A DNA stretch of 64,000 bases, from sequence record NC_061418.1; one strand, given 5' to 3'. The stretch's first letter is position 1, and every line of letters starts with the position of its first letter. The position numbers and the translations under genes were made by a program. Shown here one piece after another: positions 36,457 to 44,312 of the stretch. The notes beneath the pieces are model-generated. The model had not been told where the DNA came from. It saw only the letters and a list, made by a program, of their open reading frames with translations, and did not search any database.

Positions 36457-36744
36457 TTAATGTCTTTTTTGCCGTATCCAAAGATTCTTAGTTGGAATCC
36501 AGATAGCAACAATTTCCCCATGAACATGTTTAACGCGCGCCCCTTCTGGCCATCTGGGAATTACTTTTGTAATCTCTTCAACTTCATGATACCAAAGACG
36601 ATCAGGCAAAGTAAAAGCCAAAACACGCAAGTAACCGTACTTCATGGAACTTTCTTTACCGTCTATGACCATTTCGATCCACTTCCCGGAATGTTCATAA
36701 CTTTCAAGAATTCCTATTTTTTCTACGGAATCAGAATCGCTCAT
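36457..36744 (-). CDS. Hypothetical protein
   Basis: GAGGTG RBS. Confidence 0.75.
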   Translation of the reverse strand: MSDSDSVEKIGILESYEHSGKWIEMVIDGKESSMKYGYLRVLAFTLPDRLWYHEVEEITKVIPRWPEGARVKHVHGEIVAIWIPTKNLWIRQKRH

Positions 36745-36756
36745 TTACACCTCTGG

Positions 36757-37197
36757 CTATTTTTCAGGCGGTAGGCCGTTATTAAAACGGTTCGCTTCCA
36801 TCACCGGGAGATTCGCTTCTGTCGGGACGTAGATCACTTGGTTCTTAGTTTGCTGTAAGCTATCTACCCAAAGGTAACGGAGATACGCTTCGTTGTTCTT
36901 CAAGCTGTCACCAATGATCTTGTTCGCCTTGGCGACACCGCCTGCACGAATAACCTCTGCCTCCGCCAAACTTTTAGCGGACTCTTTCTTAGCCTCTGCT
37001 TCCTGTACGGCGATCTGACGATCCTGCGTGGCTTTCATCAGAGCGGCTTTCCCCGCCATCCCCTGCTGCCAAACATTGTAGTACGGGCACCCCGCCATCA
37101 GCAGCACTATAAACGCAACAATGCCGATGGCCGCCCATTTACCCACCTTCTTTAATAACGACTTTACGTCGAAATCATTATCAGCGTAACGATTCAT
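36757..37197 (-). CDS. Membrane-anchored coiled-coil protein of a widespread phage family (resembles SPFH/band-7 C-terminus)
   Basis: TM then AEAKKESA...AEVIRAGGVAKANKIIGDSL...YLRYLW...IYVPTEANLP. Confidence 0.75.
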   Translation of the reverse strand: MNRYADNDFDVKSLLKKVGKWAAIGIVAFIVLLMAGCPYYNVWQQGMAGKAALMKATQDRQIAVQEAEAKKESAKSLAEAEVIRAGGVAKANKIIGDSLKNNEAYLRYLWVDSLQQTKNQVIYVPTEANLPVMEANRFNNGLPPEK

Positions 37198-37227
37198 TTC
37201 TATTTCCTATTTTTTAAACCAGTAAAC

Positions 37228-37917
37228 TTATTTGTTGGTTTTGGTGATATACCACTTCCAAAGGCCGTAGAAAGCATTCATCAAGAATACTGCCCACTGT
37301 GCCACCTGCGCCCATGAACCCGGTTGATTAAGCGCCGGGATCACCCACAGATAAATCGTGACGCAGTTGATAATGATCCAGAGAATCCATTGTTCTGGCT
37401 GCTGCTTGATCATCATCCACATGGCGATGAGCGATGCGACTAAGCAGAACGCGTCTAATGCAGGAAACGGATCCTGCGTAGTTTTCAGGTATTCGGTCAG
37501 GCCATACCAGAAGATAACCCCAACAACCAGATAAGTTATCACGTCACGTAAAGTGATCGTTTTAACCGCTACGTCAGCTTTGGCTGGAGTTTTGCCCAGG
37601 TCTTTCGTCCAGTAATAAATACCGATAAACTGCATGGGAAGGTAAATAGCGTTCAACGCCGCATTGGCATAAAGGCCGGTATTGTACGAAACAATACCGT
37701 AGGTAATTACGCCAATCGTCCCCCAGTAATAATTAGAGACGCGACCCTTCGCCACCAGAATCACGCAGACGACGTTAGTCAGCGCTGCCGTGAATTCTAA
37801 CGGACTGGCTTGCCAGCTCCCTAATCCGACGACGATTAACGCTACGATCAGCCAAAAGTATTCGACTTTCTTCCAGTGCGCAAAGTCAGTGAAAGTTTTC
37901 ATTACCAATGAGTTCAT
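37228..37917 (-). CDS. pnuC: Nicotinamide riboside transporter PnuC
   Basis: Multi-TM; CVILVAKGRVSNYYWG, YLPMQFIGIYYW, DPFPALDAF, EQWILWIIIN. Confidence 0.92.
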   Translation of the reverse strand: MNSLVMKTFTDFAHWKKVEYFWLIVALIVVGLGSWQASPLEFTAALTNVVCVILVAKGRVSNYYWGTIGVITYGIVSYNTGLYANAALNAIYLPMQFIGIYYWTKDLGKTPAKADVAVKTITLRDVITYLVVGVIFWYGLTEYLKTTQDPFPALDAFCLVASLIAMWMMIKQQPEQWILWIIINCVTIYLWVIPALNQPGSWAQVAQWAVFLMNAFYGLWKWYITKTNK

Positions 37918-38057
37918 CTATTAAATCCTTCGAGAAAAGTTGAGATGTAACTTGCGGATCTCAGATTAAGTTTGTCGCCAAATACAGCGTGGTAAAAGCG
38001 ATAGTTATCGCCTAACATCCGCTTTATTTTGCGTTGCGTACGCCGTTGTTGAGTCAT
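37914..38057 (-). CDS. 47-aa basic peptide between nadR and pnuC (not in ORF track)
   Basis: Hand translation MTQQRRTQRKIKRMLGDNYRFYHAVFGDKLNLRSASYISTFLEGFNR; starts 4 nt after nadR stop, stop overlaps pnuC ATG (ATGA). Confidence 0.65.
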   Translation of the reverse strand: MTQQRRTQRKIKRMLGDNYRFYHAVFGDKLNLRSASYISTFLEGFNR

Positions 38058-38061
38058 GAAA

Positions 38062-39273
38062 TCATCCACCCCAATCAGCGGGGTTCTGATGAGAACCAGC
38101 CTCGATGCTTTCTACCATACTCCAATCTTTATCAAAGTTACCACCGCTGGCAGCAGGAGGGAACTTATTTGGAATTTCTGGAGCGCTCTGGCCGGCAGTG
38201 CCGTTACCGGATAACAAGTTATCAACCGCTTCACGTGATTGATCTAAACGACCTTTGTAAGAGTCCCCTTTAATGAATACAGTGCGCCCCCATGGTGTTT
38301 GGTTTTTAAATTCCCAAAGCATTTGTTGGAAGAGACTCTCTGTTTTCTCGCGGTCAGGATTCAGCCGCAGACCATCATCGACCCATGGTACTTCCGGCGA
38401 AAGAATCAACACGAGATCGTAATGCTCTTCAGCCGCGATAGCAGAAACAATAGGGTTAGGTTTACCCTCGTACAGCCGATGGTAATATTCCGTAATGAAG
38501 GCGTTCGTATCGATGAAACAGAGTCGATTAGAAGTACGTAATGCTTCCTCCTCCAGCTCTTTGTGACGATACGCAATCAACGGGTAGTCAGAACTACGGA
38601 GAGTCGCTTCCGAACCCGCTAAGACCGTTTCACAGTACGTACGGCCGTACTCTTCAACCCAGCTGGTATTGTAGAGTTTGGCGAGGTTCTTGACGAGGGA
38701 ACTTTTCCCAGAACTCTCAACGCCTAATACGACCACCCGCAAACAATAATCTTTACGGACAATGCTCGGGAGATATTCCCAATGGTCGTAAAGGTTTTCA
38801 CGGATCATCGTGGCGGAGATGGGGACGCGGGTACGGTTACTGTCAACGATAACGTGTTCTACAAAACCGAGGTGCGTTTTGTATTTTTCATCGTAATCCA
38901 GCTCGCTACTGAAAATAGCAATGCTCTGCGCCTGACTGTGATTAGCTGCCAGTCTACCTGCCTCGTTGAAAATCTTAGCGCCGAGCAGAGCAGCGTATTC
39001 TTTCCAGCCGTTCGGGTATTCCGGTACAGAAGCCTCATCAATGAAATCGATCGTGACGTGCTCTGTATCCGCGTAAGTCTGTTGCAGCCAGCGCAGACGA
39101 TTCTTGAAATTGAGTACCTTTTGGTCTCGTGGCGATTGTTTATCCAGCCAACGTTGGTCGTGGGAAAGAATGACGAGGACATGCTTAGACTGCACAGCAG
39201 CCTCTGTGATTAAGTTGATGTGCCCCAACGTAAGGGGTGCGAATTTACCGATTACTACGCCTAAGTCAAACAT
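38062..39273 (-). CDS. nadR: Bifunctional NMN adenylyltransferase / ribosylnicotinamide kinase NadR (no N-terminal HTH)
   Basis: GKFAPLTLGH, Walker A GVESSGKS, EYGR, FIDTN, PWVDDGLR. Confidence 0.93.
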   Translation of the reverse strand: MFDLGVVIGKFAPLTLGHINLITEAAVQSKHVLVILSHDQRWLDKQSPRDQKVLNFKNRLRWLQQTYADTEHVTIDFIDEASVPEYPNGWKEYAALLGAKIFNEAGRLAANHSQAQSIAIFSSELDYDEKYKTHLGFVEHVIVDSNRTRVPISATMIRENLYDHWEYLPSIVRKDYCLRVVVLGVESSGKSSLVKNLAKLYNTSWVEEYGRTYCETVLAGSEATLRSSDYPLIAYRHKELEEEALRTSNRLCFIDTNAFITEYYHRLYEGKPNPIVSAIAAEEHYDLVLILSPEVPWVDDGLRLNPDREKTESLFQQMLWEFKNQTPWGRTVFIKGDSYKGRLDQSREAVDNLLSGNGTAGQSAPEIPNKFPPAASGGNFDKDWSMVESIEAGSHQNPADWGG

Positions 39274-39291
39274 CTGATATACCCTTCCTTA

Positions 39292-39606
39292 TTAGCCTAC
39301 GAAATGGTGATAAAGACGATGCAAGTCCCAGCCCTTATGATTCATCGCATTGAATCCCTGCTCATTCTTGACTACCACCTTGACGGCGTAGTCTTCCATC
39401 AGAAGGAAATCCCGCCCTGACTTAGAATGAATATCGCCATCGTAGACCGGACCATCTACAATCAGCTGGTTCATCGTGCCGATAACATGGCCAACGTCAT
39501 TCCGCTCGAGTAACATCGTCACGGTTTTCTCTAACTCGGCAGCGTACGCCATATCTACTTCTTCATCGGCATCTAGACCACAAATCTCAATAATCTGATT
39601 CAACAT
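39292..39606 (-). CDS. Hypothetical protein
   Basis: AAGGA RBS, tiling. Confidence 0.75.
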   Translation of the reverse strand: MLNQIIEICGLDADEEVDMAYAAELEKTVTMLLERNDVGHVIGTMNQLIVDGPVYDGDIHSKSGRDFLLMEDYAVKVVVKNEQGFNAMNHKGWDLHRLYHHFVG

Positions 39607-39619
39607 GTTTTAGTTTCCT

Positions 39620-40012
39620 TTATTCGGTCCAGGGACGGAAAGTCCATGTACGAACTTTGTATTTACGATTATCAAAACGACGGCTACGGATATAGACCTC
39701 TACAGTTAAACTCGTTGCCGTTGGGGTGAGAAAAACAACCAGGTGTGCGGGTTCGTACTGGTACACCTCCGCTAAAGAAACAAACGCCGAGAACGGCAGA
39801 CTTTTCTTTTCAGCGGAACGGAGATTCCGATAGAGCAGTTTCACTGCGCGTTTAGCGAACACCTGGTCGTGGTAACTGGCGTGACGGAGACTTTTCCGAT
39901 TAGCGTTTAACTTCATCAGAAACAAACGCTTCTCCGCCCATGGGAGGTAATAGCTCAAACTGATCCCTGCCCCAGAAAACAATATTGCTGATAGTGTTTT
40001 CATTAACGCCAT
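39620..40012 (-). CDS. Membrane-anchored hypothetical protein
   Basis: N-terminal hydrophobic segment, basic soluble part; AGGAG RBS. Confidence 0.75.
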   Translation of the reverse strand: MALMKTLSAILFSGAGISLSYYLPWAEKRLFLMKLNANRKSLRHASYHDQVFAKRAVKLLYRNLRSAEKKSLPFSAFVSLAEVYQYEPAHLVVFLTPTATSLTVEVYIRSRRFDNRKYKVRTWTFRPWTE

Positions 40013-40025
40013 TAATTTTCTTCTC

Positions 40026-40268
40026 CTATCGTATATCGTTGTTGTCTTTCTTGAACGGGTTATAGATGTTCAAGTACCAAACCAACCCGACGAATATTCC
40101 GATGCAGATAAAAGGCCATGCAATACCAATTGTCAAAACCTTCCAGATCTCCATACGGAGGACGACGCGGCGATACTTGGGGTTAACAATTGGTTTCCAA
40201 ACAATCATCAGAAACACAACCGCCCAGAGCGCCCCGCCGGCAGATATCAACATTCCCGCTGTACTCAT
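40026..40268 (-). CDS. Small two-TM membrane protein
   Basis: Two hydrophobic helices, IAWPF motif. Confidence 0.75.
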   Translation of the reverse strand: MSTAGMLISAGGALWAVVFLMIVWKPIVNPKYRRVVLRMEIWKVLTIGIAWPFICIGIFVGLVWYLNIYNPFKKDNNDIR

Positions 40269-40579
40269 GACTTCACACCTACCGTTAAAAGGAGGGTTCG
40301 CAGGTAATCCGCATCCGGGTTGAGTACAACACTGAACCGACTGTTGTCGTGAATCAGAATCAAATCACCAGGATAAAGAACTGCGGTGTGATTTCCGTCG
40401 TACACGAAATTCAAGGTCGCGTAATCTAACGCGTCTTGTTCAGGAAACCGTGGCGTGACGGGTGGTTCATTCAGGATATCGGCGGCGGGGTCGCCTGCCA
40501 GGATACGTAAGAACCCGTTGTACTCAGTCGGAACAATAGGGAGTTCCACATATTTCAGTTCAATCACGTGCGTTAACAT
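40265..40579 (-). CDS. Hypothetical protein
   Basis: GAGGTG RBS; YPGDLIL motif. Confidence 0.75.
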   Translation of the reverse strand: MLTHVIELKYVELPIVPTEYNGFLRILAGDPAADILNEPPVTPRFPEQDALDYATLNFVYDGNHTAVLYPGDLILIHDNSRFSVVLNPDADYLRTLLLTVGVKS

Positions 40580-40596
40580 GATTCACCTCTTTATCG

Positions 40597-41091
40597 TTAG
40601 TTATTAAAGGATCGAAAGAATTCGTTGCCGTGTTTAACCCCGTCGAGAATGTCGTTACAGAGCTTTGGTATTTGTCTGATAACTAGGATATCCATAATCT
40701 TGAAATCGGCACAGTGGATAGCCCGGAGTTTTTCATAAGCGAGATCACCTTTAAGTGAACGCGTAATGCCGAGGAGATCACAGGTGTTTGTAACAGGGCA
40801 AAGAGAAAACCAACCTTGCTTTGCGTAGGTGTCAAAGTCCATGATTAGTTTTCTTAGACCGACTTCTTTAAACGGGTCATTACCCGCTGAGGGCCAGTTG
40901 ATAGCCCTGGTTAACGGGTGAAGCGAATTTAACCAGAGAACGAAAGGGTCCGACTCTTCATAGGTCGCGTTTTCAGGAGCAAGATTACTCAGCGCTGTTC
41001 CGTTACCAATGCCGCTAAATTGTTTCTGATTTTCCATCGTTACCTTATCCACACCCGTCGCAAAGACTTTACCAAAAAATTTAATAAGCAT
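40597..41091 (-). CDS. Hypothetical protein
   Basis: Tiling ORF; AYEKLRAIHCADF. Confidence 0.75.
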   Translation of the reverse strand: MLIKFFGKVFATGVDKVTMENQKQFSGIGNGTALSNLAPENATYEESDPFVLWLNSLHPLTRAINWPSAGNDPFKEVGLRKLIMDFDTYAKQGWFSLCPVTNTCDLLGITRSLKGDLAYEKLRAIHCADFKIMDILVIRQIPKLCNDILDGVKHGNEFFRSFNN

Positions 41092-41351
41092 TAGAGCCCC
41101 TCGGTTGAGAACATTTTTAACCCGTGTCGATAGTGAACGCGGTTTTTCAATAGATGACCCATCTCAGCACATTTTTTCAGCCTGGTCGCAAGTAACGTTT
41201 TCCCCATCCGGCGTGGCGCTGAAATTGTGAGATTACTGTCTAAATCATCAAAATAGGGTTTGGATACTTTAATGAGGAAAATATGGTTGGCGGTGACGGA
41301 ACTTCTTTTCAGTTTCCCTCTCTGTATTTTCAAACATTTTTTCAAGGCCAT
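41091..41351 (-). CDS. Small basic protein with isolated Walker A-like motif
   Basis: ISAPRRMGKT, no Walker B; AAGGAG RBS. Confidence 0.6.
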   Translation of the reverse strand: MALKKCLKIQRGKLKRSSVTANHIFLIKVSKPYFDDLDSNLTISAPRRMGKTLLATRLKKCAEMGHLLKNRVHYRHGLKMFSTEGL

Positions 41352-41360
41352 AGCGTCTCC

Positions 41361-41486
41361 TTATTCTAGTGAATCATAGAGCTTCTTACCAATAGCAAAC
41401 AGTATCTTAAGTATCGCACCGGAGATGTACCAAGCACCACCGTAACAGAAGATTACGAAGATAACGATTTTCCATTCTACTGGCAT
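41361..41486 (-). CDS. 41-aa membrane peptide (not in ORF track)
   Basis: Hand translation MPVEWKIVIFVIFCYGGAWYISGAILKILFAIGKKLYDSLE; GGAGGT RBS. Confidence 0.8.
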   Translation of the reverse strand: MPVEWKIVIFVIFCYGGAWYISGAILKILFAIGKKLYDSLE

Positions 41487-41516
41487 AGTACACCTCCGGT
41501 ATTTAAGAAATAATAA

Positions 41517-41544
41517 CTGAGAGAGGGCATTATCCCTCTCTCAG
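41517..41544 (-). terminator. Intrinsic terminator
   Basis: ctgagagaggg/ccctctctcag stem, ttattattt tail. Confidence 0.75.
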
Positions 41545-41548
41545 TCGG

Positions 41549-42175
41549 TCAATATAAGTTTTCGGAATAAAGTTCGTTGTTAATAATGATAACGTTGGGA
41601 CGTGTGGCGTTAATTTGTCCGGCGTGTTTCGCAATGACAAACGCGTCTTCTCGATTCCAATAACGATCCCATTGATCGATAAACCCTTGTCCGCTACCGT
41701 GCGGGAAATTGACAGGTTCTTCACCTGCCTTTGCTCGGAGGCGTTTGATCTCATCGCCGAGGATATGCTGTAGAAGCGAACCGTGGCGCGAAGAAGGAAT
41801 GACCAAAGGCTCTTCTTCTTTTAACCCCAGTGCTTCTCCGAGTCTTTCATTCGGTTTCACTGTTCCCCAGATATTTGCCGCTGAAACGATACGGACCTGA
41901 ACAAAGATACCTGGTGACGGCTCGTGTACGCAAATAGCCGGGAGGGTTGCTCTTTGTTCTTCAGTGAGTACTTCGTCATCAGCGTAGCCTTCCTCTTTAC
42001 GGAAATGAGATTCGGCTAATTGACACGACGCGAGGATATCCATGGCCAATTTGCGAGCAGAGTCGATATCAAACTCGTACTGCCCGCTCTTTAACTGAAT
42101 AACCTTATCATCGCGAATGTCGTAATCGCGGATATCTACTCGACTGTAGTCACCTTCATGAATCATTTTAGTCAT
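41549..42175 (-). CDS. Phage protein with conserved C-terminal domain of unknown function
   Basis: RH...QGFIDQWDRYWNREDAFVIAKHAGQI...LYSENLY pattern recalled from many phages. Confidence 0.75.
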   Translation of the reverse strand: MTKMIHEGDYSRVDIRDYDIRDDKVIQLKSGQYEFDIDSARKLAMDILASCQLAESHFRKEEGYADDEVLTEEQRATLPAICVHEPSPGIFVQVRIVSAANIWGTVKPNERLGEALGLKEEEPLVIPSSRHGSLLQHILGDEIKRLRAKAGEEPVNFPHGSGQGFIDQWDRYWNREDAFVIAKHAGQINATRPNVIIINNELYSENLY

Positions 42176-42458
42176 TAAGATTCTTCCTCAAGGAAAGTTT
42201 CTGTCCCAGTTTGAGGGTGCGGATCGGAAGTTCGATTGACCCACACGCATTGGCGATAATGGTTCCTGTCGGTGTTCCGACCACCGCAGTGAATTCATCG
42301 GGATGTTTCTCAATCAACCCGATGCTGGCGGAGAACAGATCTTCATCGCGCGCGAGTAGATGTAAATCAGTTTCACTTACGATGTCGCCGATGTAAGGGT
42401 AATTTGGATTGCGGTCATAGGCGACAGTTGGAGACTGCTTGACTTTCTTTGCCGACAT
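42168..42458 (-). CDS. Hypothetical protein
   Basis: TAATG overlap with sspB stop. Confidence 0.75.
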   Translation of the reverse strand: MSAKKVKQSPTVAYDRNPNYPYIGDIVSETDLHLLARDEDLFSASIGLIEKHPDEFTAVVGTPTGTIIANACGSIELPIRTLKLGQKLSLRKNLND

Positions 42459-42886
42459 TATTCCTTCCCTCCGGAGATAACCGAAAATGGGTTTGGTTTC
42501 TTAGTTTCTTTTACCGGTTCAGCGGGTTCGTCAGAACGCCCGTCAGCAGTGATGAGTTTTTGCGGGAGTTGAATCATCTGTTCCGGGTTATCAGGGTTAA
42601 ACATCTGAATGACGGACCCCCACGGGAAAGTGTCTGAGGCGAGTTTACCCCCGAAACGCCCTTCGAAGAACAACCCTTCGTCCAGTGAAGAAAGCTGACA
42701 GGAATGCGGAGAAACATTCAGTGTCAATACGTGATAACCCTGCATGTTAGGTACCGGTTTGACATATTGACGAAGAATGGGATTCACGGTGATTTCGGTA
42801 CCAAAGACCGTGATGTAAATACGACTGCCATTATCGATAAGCCAGCTATAACCTGCATCAAACAACGCTTTATTTAAAGAAGACAT
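42458..42886 (-). CDS. sspB: SspB-like ClpXP protease adaptor
   Basis: YSWLIDNG, LTLNVSP, FEGRFGG, FPWGSVIQMF parallel E. coli SspB (YEWLLDN, IVLNIAP, FNARFGG, VPLAAVLAIY); tail PNPFSVISGGKE. Confidence 0.85.
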   Translation of the reverse strand: MSSLNKALFDAGYSWLIDNGSRIYITVFGTEITVNPILRQYVKPVPNMQGYHVLTLNVSPHSCQLSSLDEGLFFEGRFGGKLASDTFPWGSVIQMFNPDNPEQMIQLPQKLITADGRSDEPAEPVKETKKPNPFSVISGGKE

Positions 42887-42915
42887 GTGTTACTCCCGAT
42901 TGTTATTTAATTACC

Positions 42916-42942
42916 TTCACTCAGGTGATATAGATTTTAAAA
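42916..42942 (-). promoter_or_regulatory. Phage early promoter 7 (inside 3' end of NADAR-like gene)
   Basis: TTTTAAAATC-TATATCAC-CTGA-GTGAA. Confidence 0.85.
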
Positions 42943-43411
42943 GCCGTCGAGTTTCTTCCCAAAACTCCACTAACCATTCTCCGCTTTTAGGCGTAACAAC
43001 TTTAACGTCGTCTTCCCAGACACGCGCCCCTTTCTCCATTCGCCAATTACCGAAAACGTAGTAATGGGTAAAAGGTAGGGTTGAATTGACCAGCGCTTGG
43101 TATTGGTGTTTGTAAGTATTCAATTTCGCCAGATTAGCAGCTTTGATAATCGAGAGGAAATCGGGATGATGAACCACTTCCAGTTTCTTCCCAAATGCTT
43201 TCGCCTCGTTACCGTACAAGCCTCTGAGGTATTGGTGTTTAAAACCGGTTTTTGCGTAATACCAAAACCCTTCCATACTTTCAAAGTTTCCGTACTCAGG
43301 GTGAATGAAAGGTGTCTTTGGAAAGTGAGAGAGAAAGAACCCGAGACGGTTCTTGGACTTAGAGTAAATGTTGATGTGGTCAATACCGTCATTGTTTGGG
43401 TTCAAAGTCAT
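42917..43411 (-). CDS. NADAR-superfamily protein (T4 gp30.3-like)
   Basis: LSHFPKTPF...FESMEGFWYYAK, GLYGNEAKAFGK, ALVNS..FTHY parallel recalled T4 gp30.3 LSNFAQWPF...LEGFLQGCK, GLSGLAAQQAGR. Confidence 0.7.
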   Translation of the reverse strand: MTLNPNNDGIDHINIYSKSKNRLGFFLSHFPKTPFIHPEYGNFESMEGFWYYAKTGFKHQYLRGLYGNEAKAFGKKLEVVHHPDFLSIIKAANLAKLNTYKHQYQALVNSTLPFTHYYVFGNWRMEKGARVWEDDVKVVTPKSGEWLVEFWEETRRLLKSISPE

Positions 43412-43667
43412 CAGGTGCTACCTTCCTGTACGCGTAAGTTTTTCGGAGAATATGTTTTTTCATCGGGCCCCAATAATTATTTTTGATACGATAGATTAAA
43501 TGAAGTTGTTTAATCGTATAGTTGAACCGTCTTTCCGCTGTATCGAGGAATAATAACACAGGGGTCATCAATTTACGGGCTTTAACGATTTTTCTTTTAT
43601 TTGTCCATATGACTTTAATCAGAACTTGATTCAACAAGTTATTCAAATCGCTGTTATCTATCGCCAT
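43389..43667 (-). CDS. Small basic hypothetical protein
   Basis: Tiling ORF. Confidence 0.65.
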   Translation of the reverse strand: MAIDNSDLNNLLNQVLIKVIWTNKRKIVKARKLMTPVLLFLDTAERRFNYTIKQLHLIYRIKNNYWGPMKKHILRKTYAYRKVAPDDFEPKQ

Positions 43668-43668
43668 T

Positions 43669-43971
43669 TTAGAACCCCGGTGTAGTTATCCAAAACCAAA
43701 CTTCTTCGTAGATACGAAAAAATGTCGGCCACAGCAGTAGAGTCGTTCCCAAAACAAATGCGAAATTGTTTATTTTTTTCTTTAGGGGTAATCTTCGAAA
43801 TAGATCAAGAATAAAAGACAGTATCATAAGGGCAAATAGTAAAGCAGCAAAAAGCAACATCCACTCCCCGACAACAGTGGTTGAGTAAAGGTTCATTTTC
43901 TTACTCCCTAGCACCAGTAAAAGATAGACCCCAATACCACCAACGCAGCAATAATGAAGGTTAATACCCAT
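43669..43971 (-). CDS. Small membrane protein (true start probably MNLYS)
   Basis: Hydrophobic helices; GGGAG precedes internal ATG. Confidence 0.65.
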   Translation of the reverse strand: MGINLHYCCVGGIGVYLLLVLGSKKMNLYSTTVVGEWMLLFAALLFALMILSFILDLFRRLPLKKKINNFAFVLGTTLLLWPTFFRIYEEVWFWITTPGF

Positions 43972-44312
43972 TTATCGTGTAGAAAACTTCCTTTTGTTTT
44001 TCCCGCTGAAAAGGCTGGCTTCCCATCATTGAGTCGCCTTACGATCGTCTCTACTTCGTAATAGTAATTTTCATACCGGTCAGAAATACCCTTCTCGTCG
44101 TAAAGTGAACCGTCCATTTTATATCTTAACGGTAGAAGGTTACGTGATAGAATATAACCGTCACTGTTTTTTATCACTGCCCATTTCGGTTCAATGGAAG
44201 GACTAGTACGCGGAAACAGTTTAATATCGGGACTTCGTTTTGCTTCGAGAACAAAAAACTTAGGTTCCTTACTCTCTTCTATCTTTATATCCCCACCTAT
44301 TATTTCCACCAT
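43908..44312 (-). CDS. C-terminally anchored membrane protein, tandem paralog of 44300..44728
   Basis: WAVIKNSDGYILSRNLLPLRY, RRLND, C-terminal TM. Confidence 0.75.
   Translation of the reverse strand: MVEIIGGDIKIEESKEPKFFVLEAKRSPDIKLFPRTSPSIEPKWAVIKNSDGYILSRNLLPLRYKMDGSLYDEKGISDRYENYYYEVETIVRRLNDGKPAFSAGKTKGSFLHDKWVLTFIIAALVVLGSIFYWC

Noticed and set aside
37244-37251. TATATCAC inside the 3' end of pnuC
   Set aside because: Lacks the preceding C, the upstream T-run/A element and the downstream TG; encodes WYIT, so probably chance.
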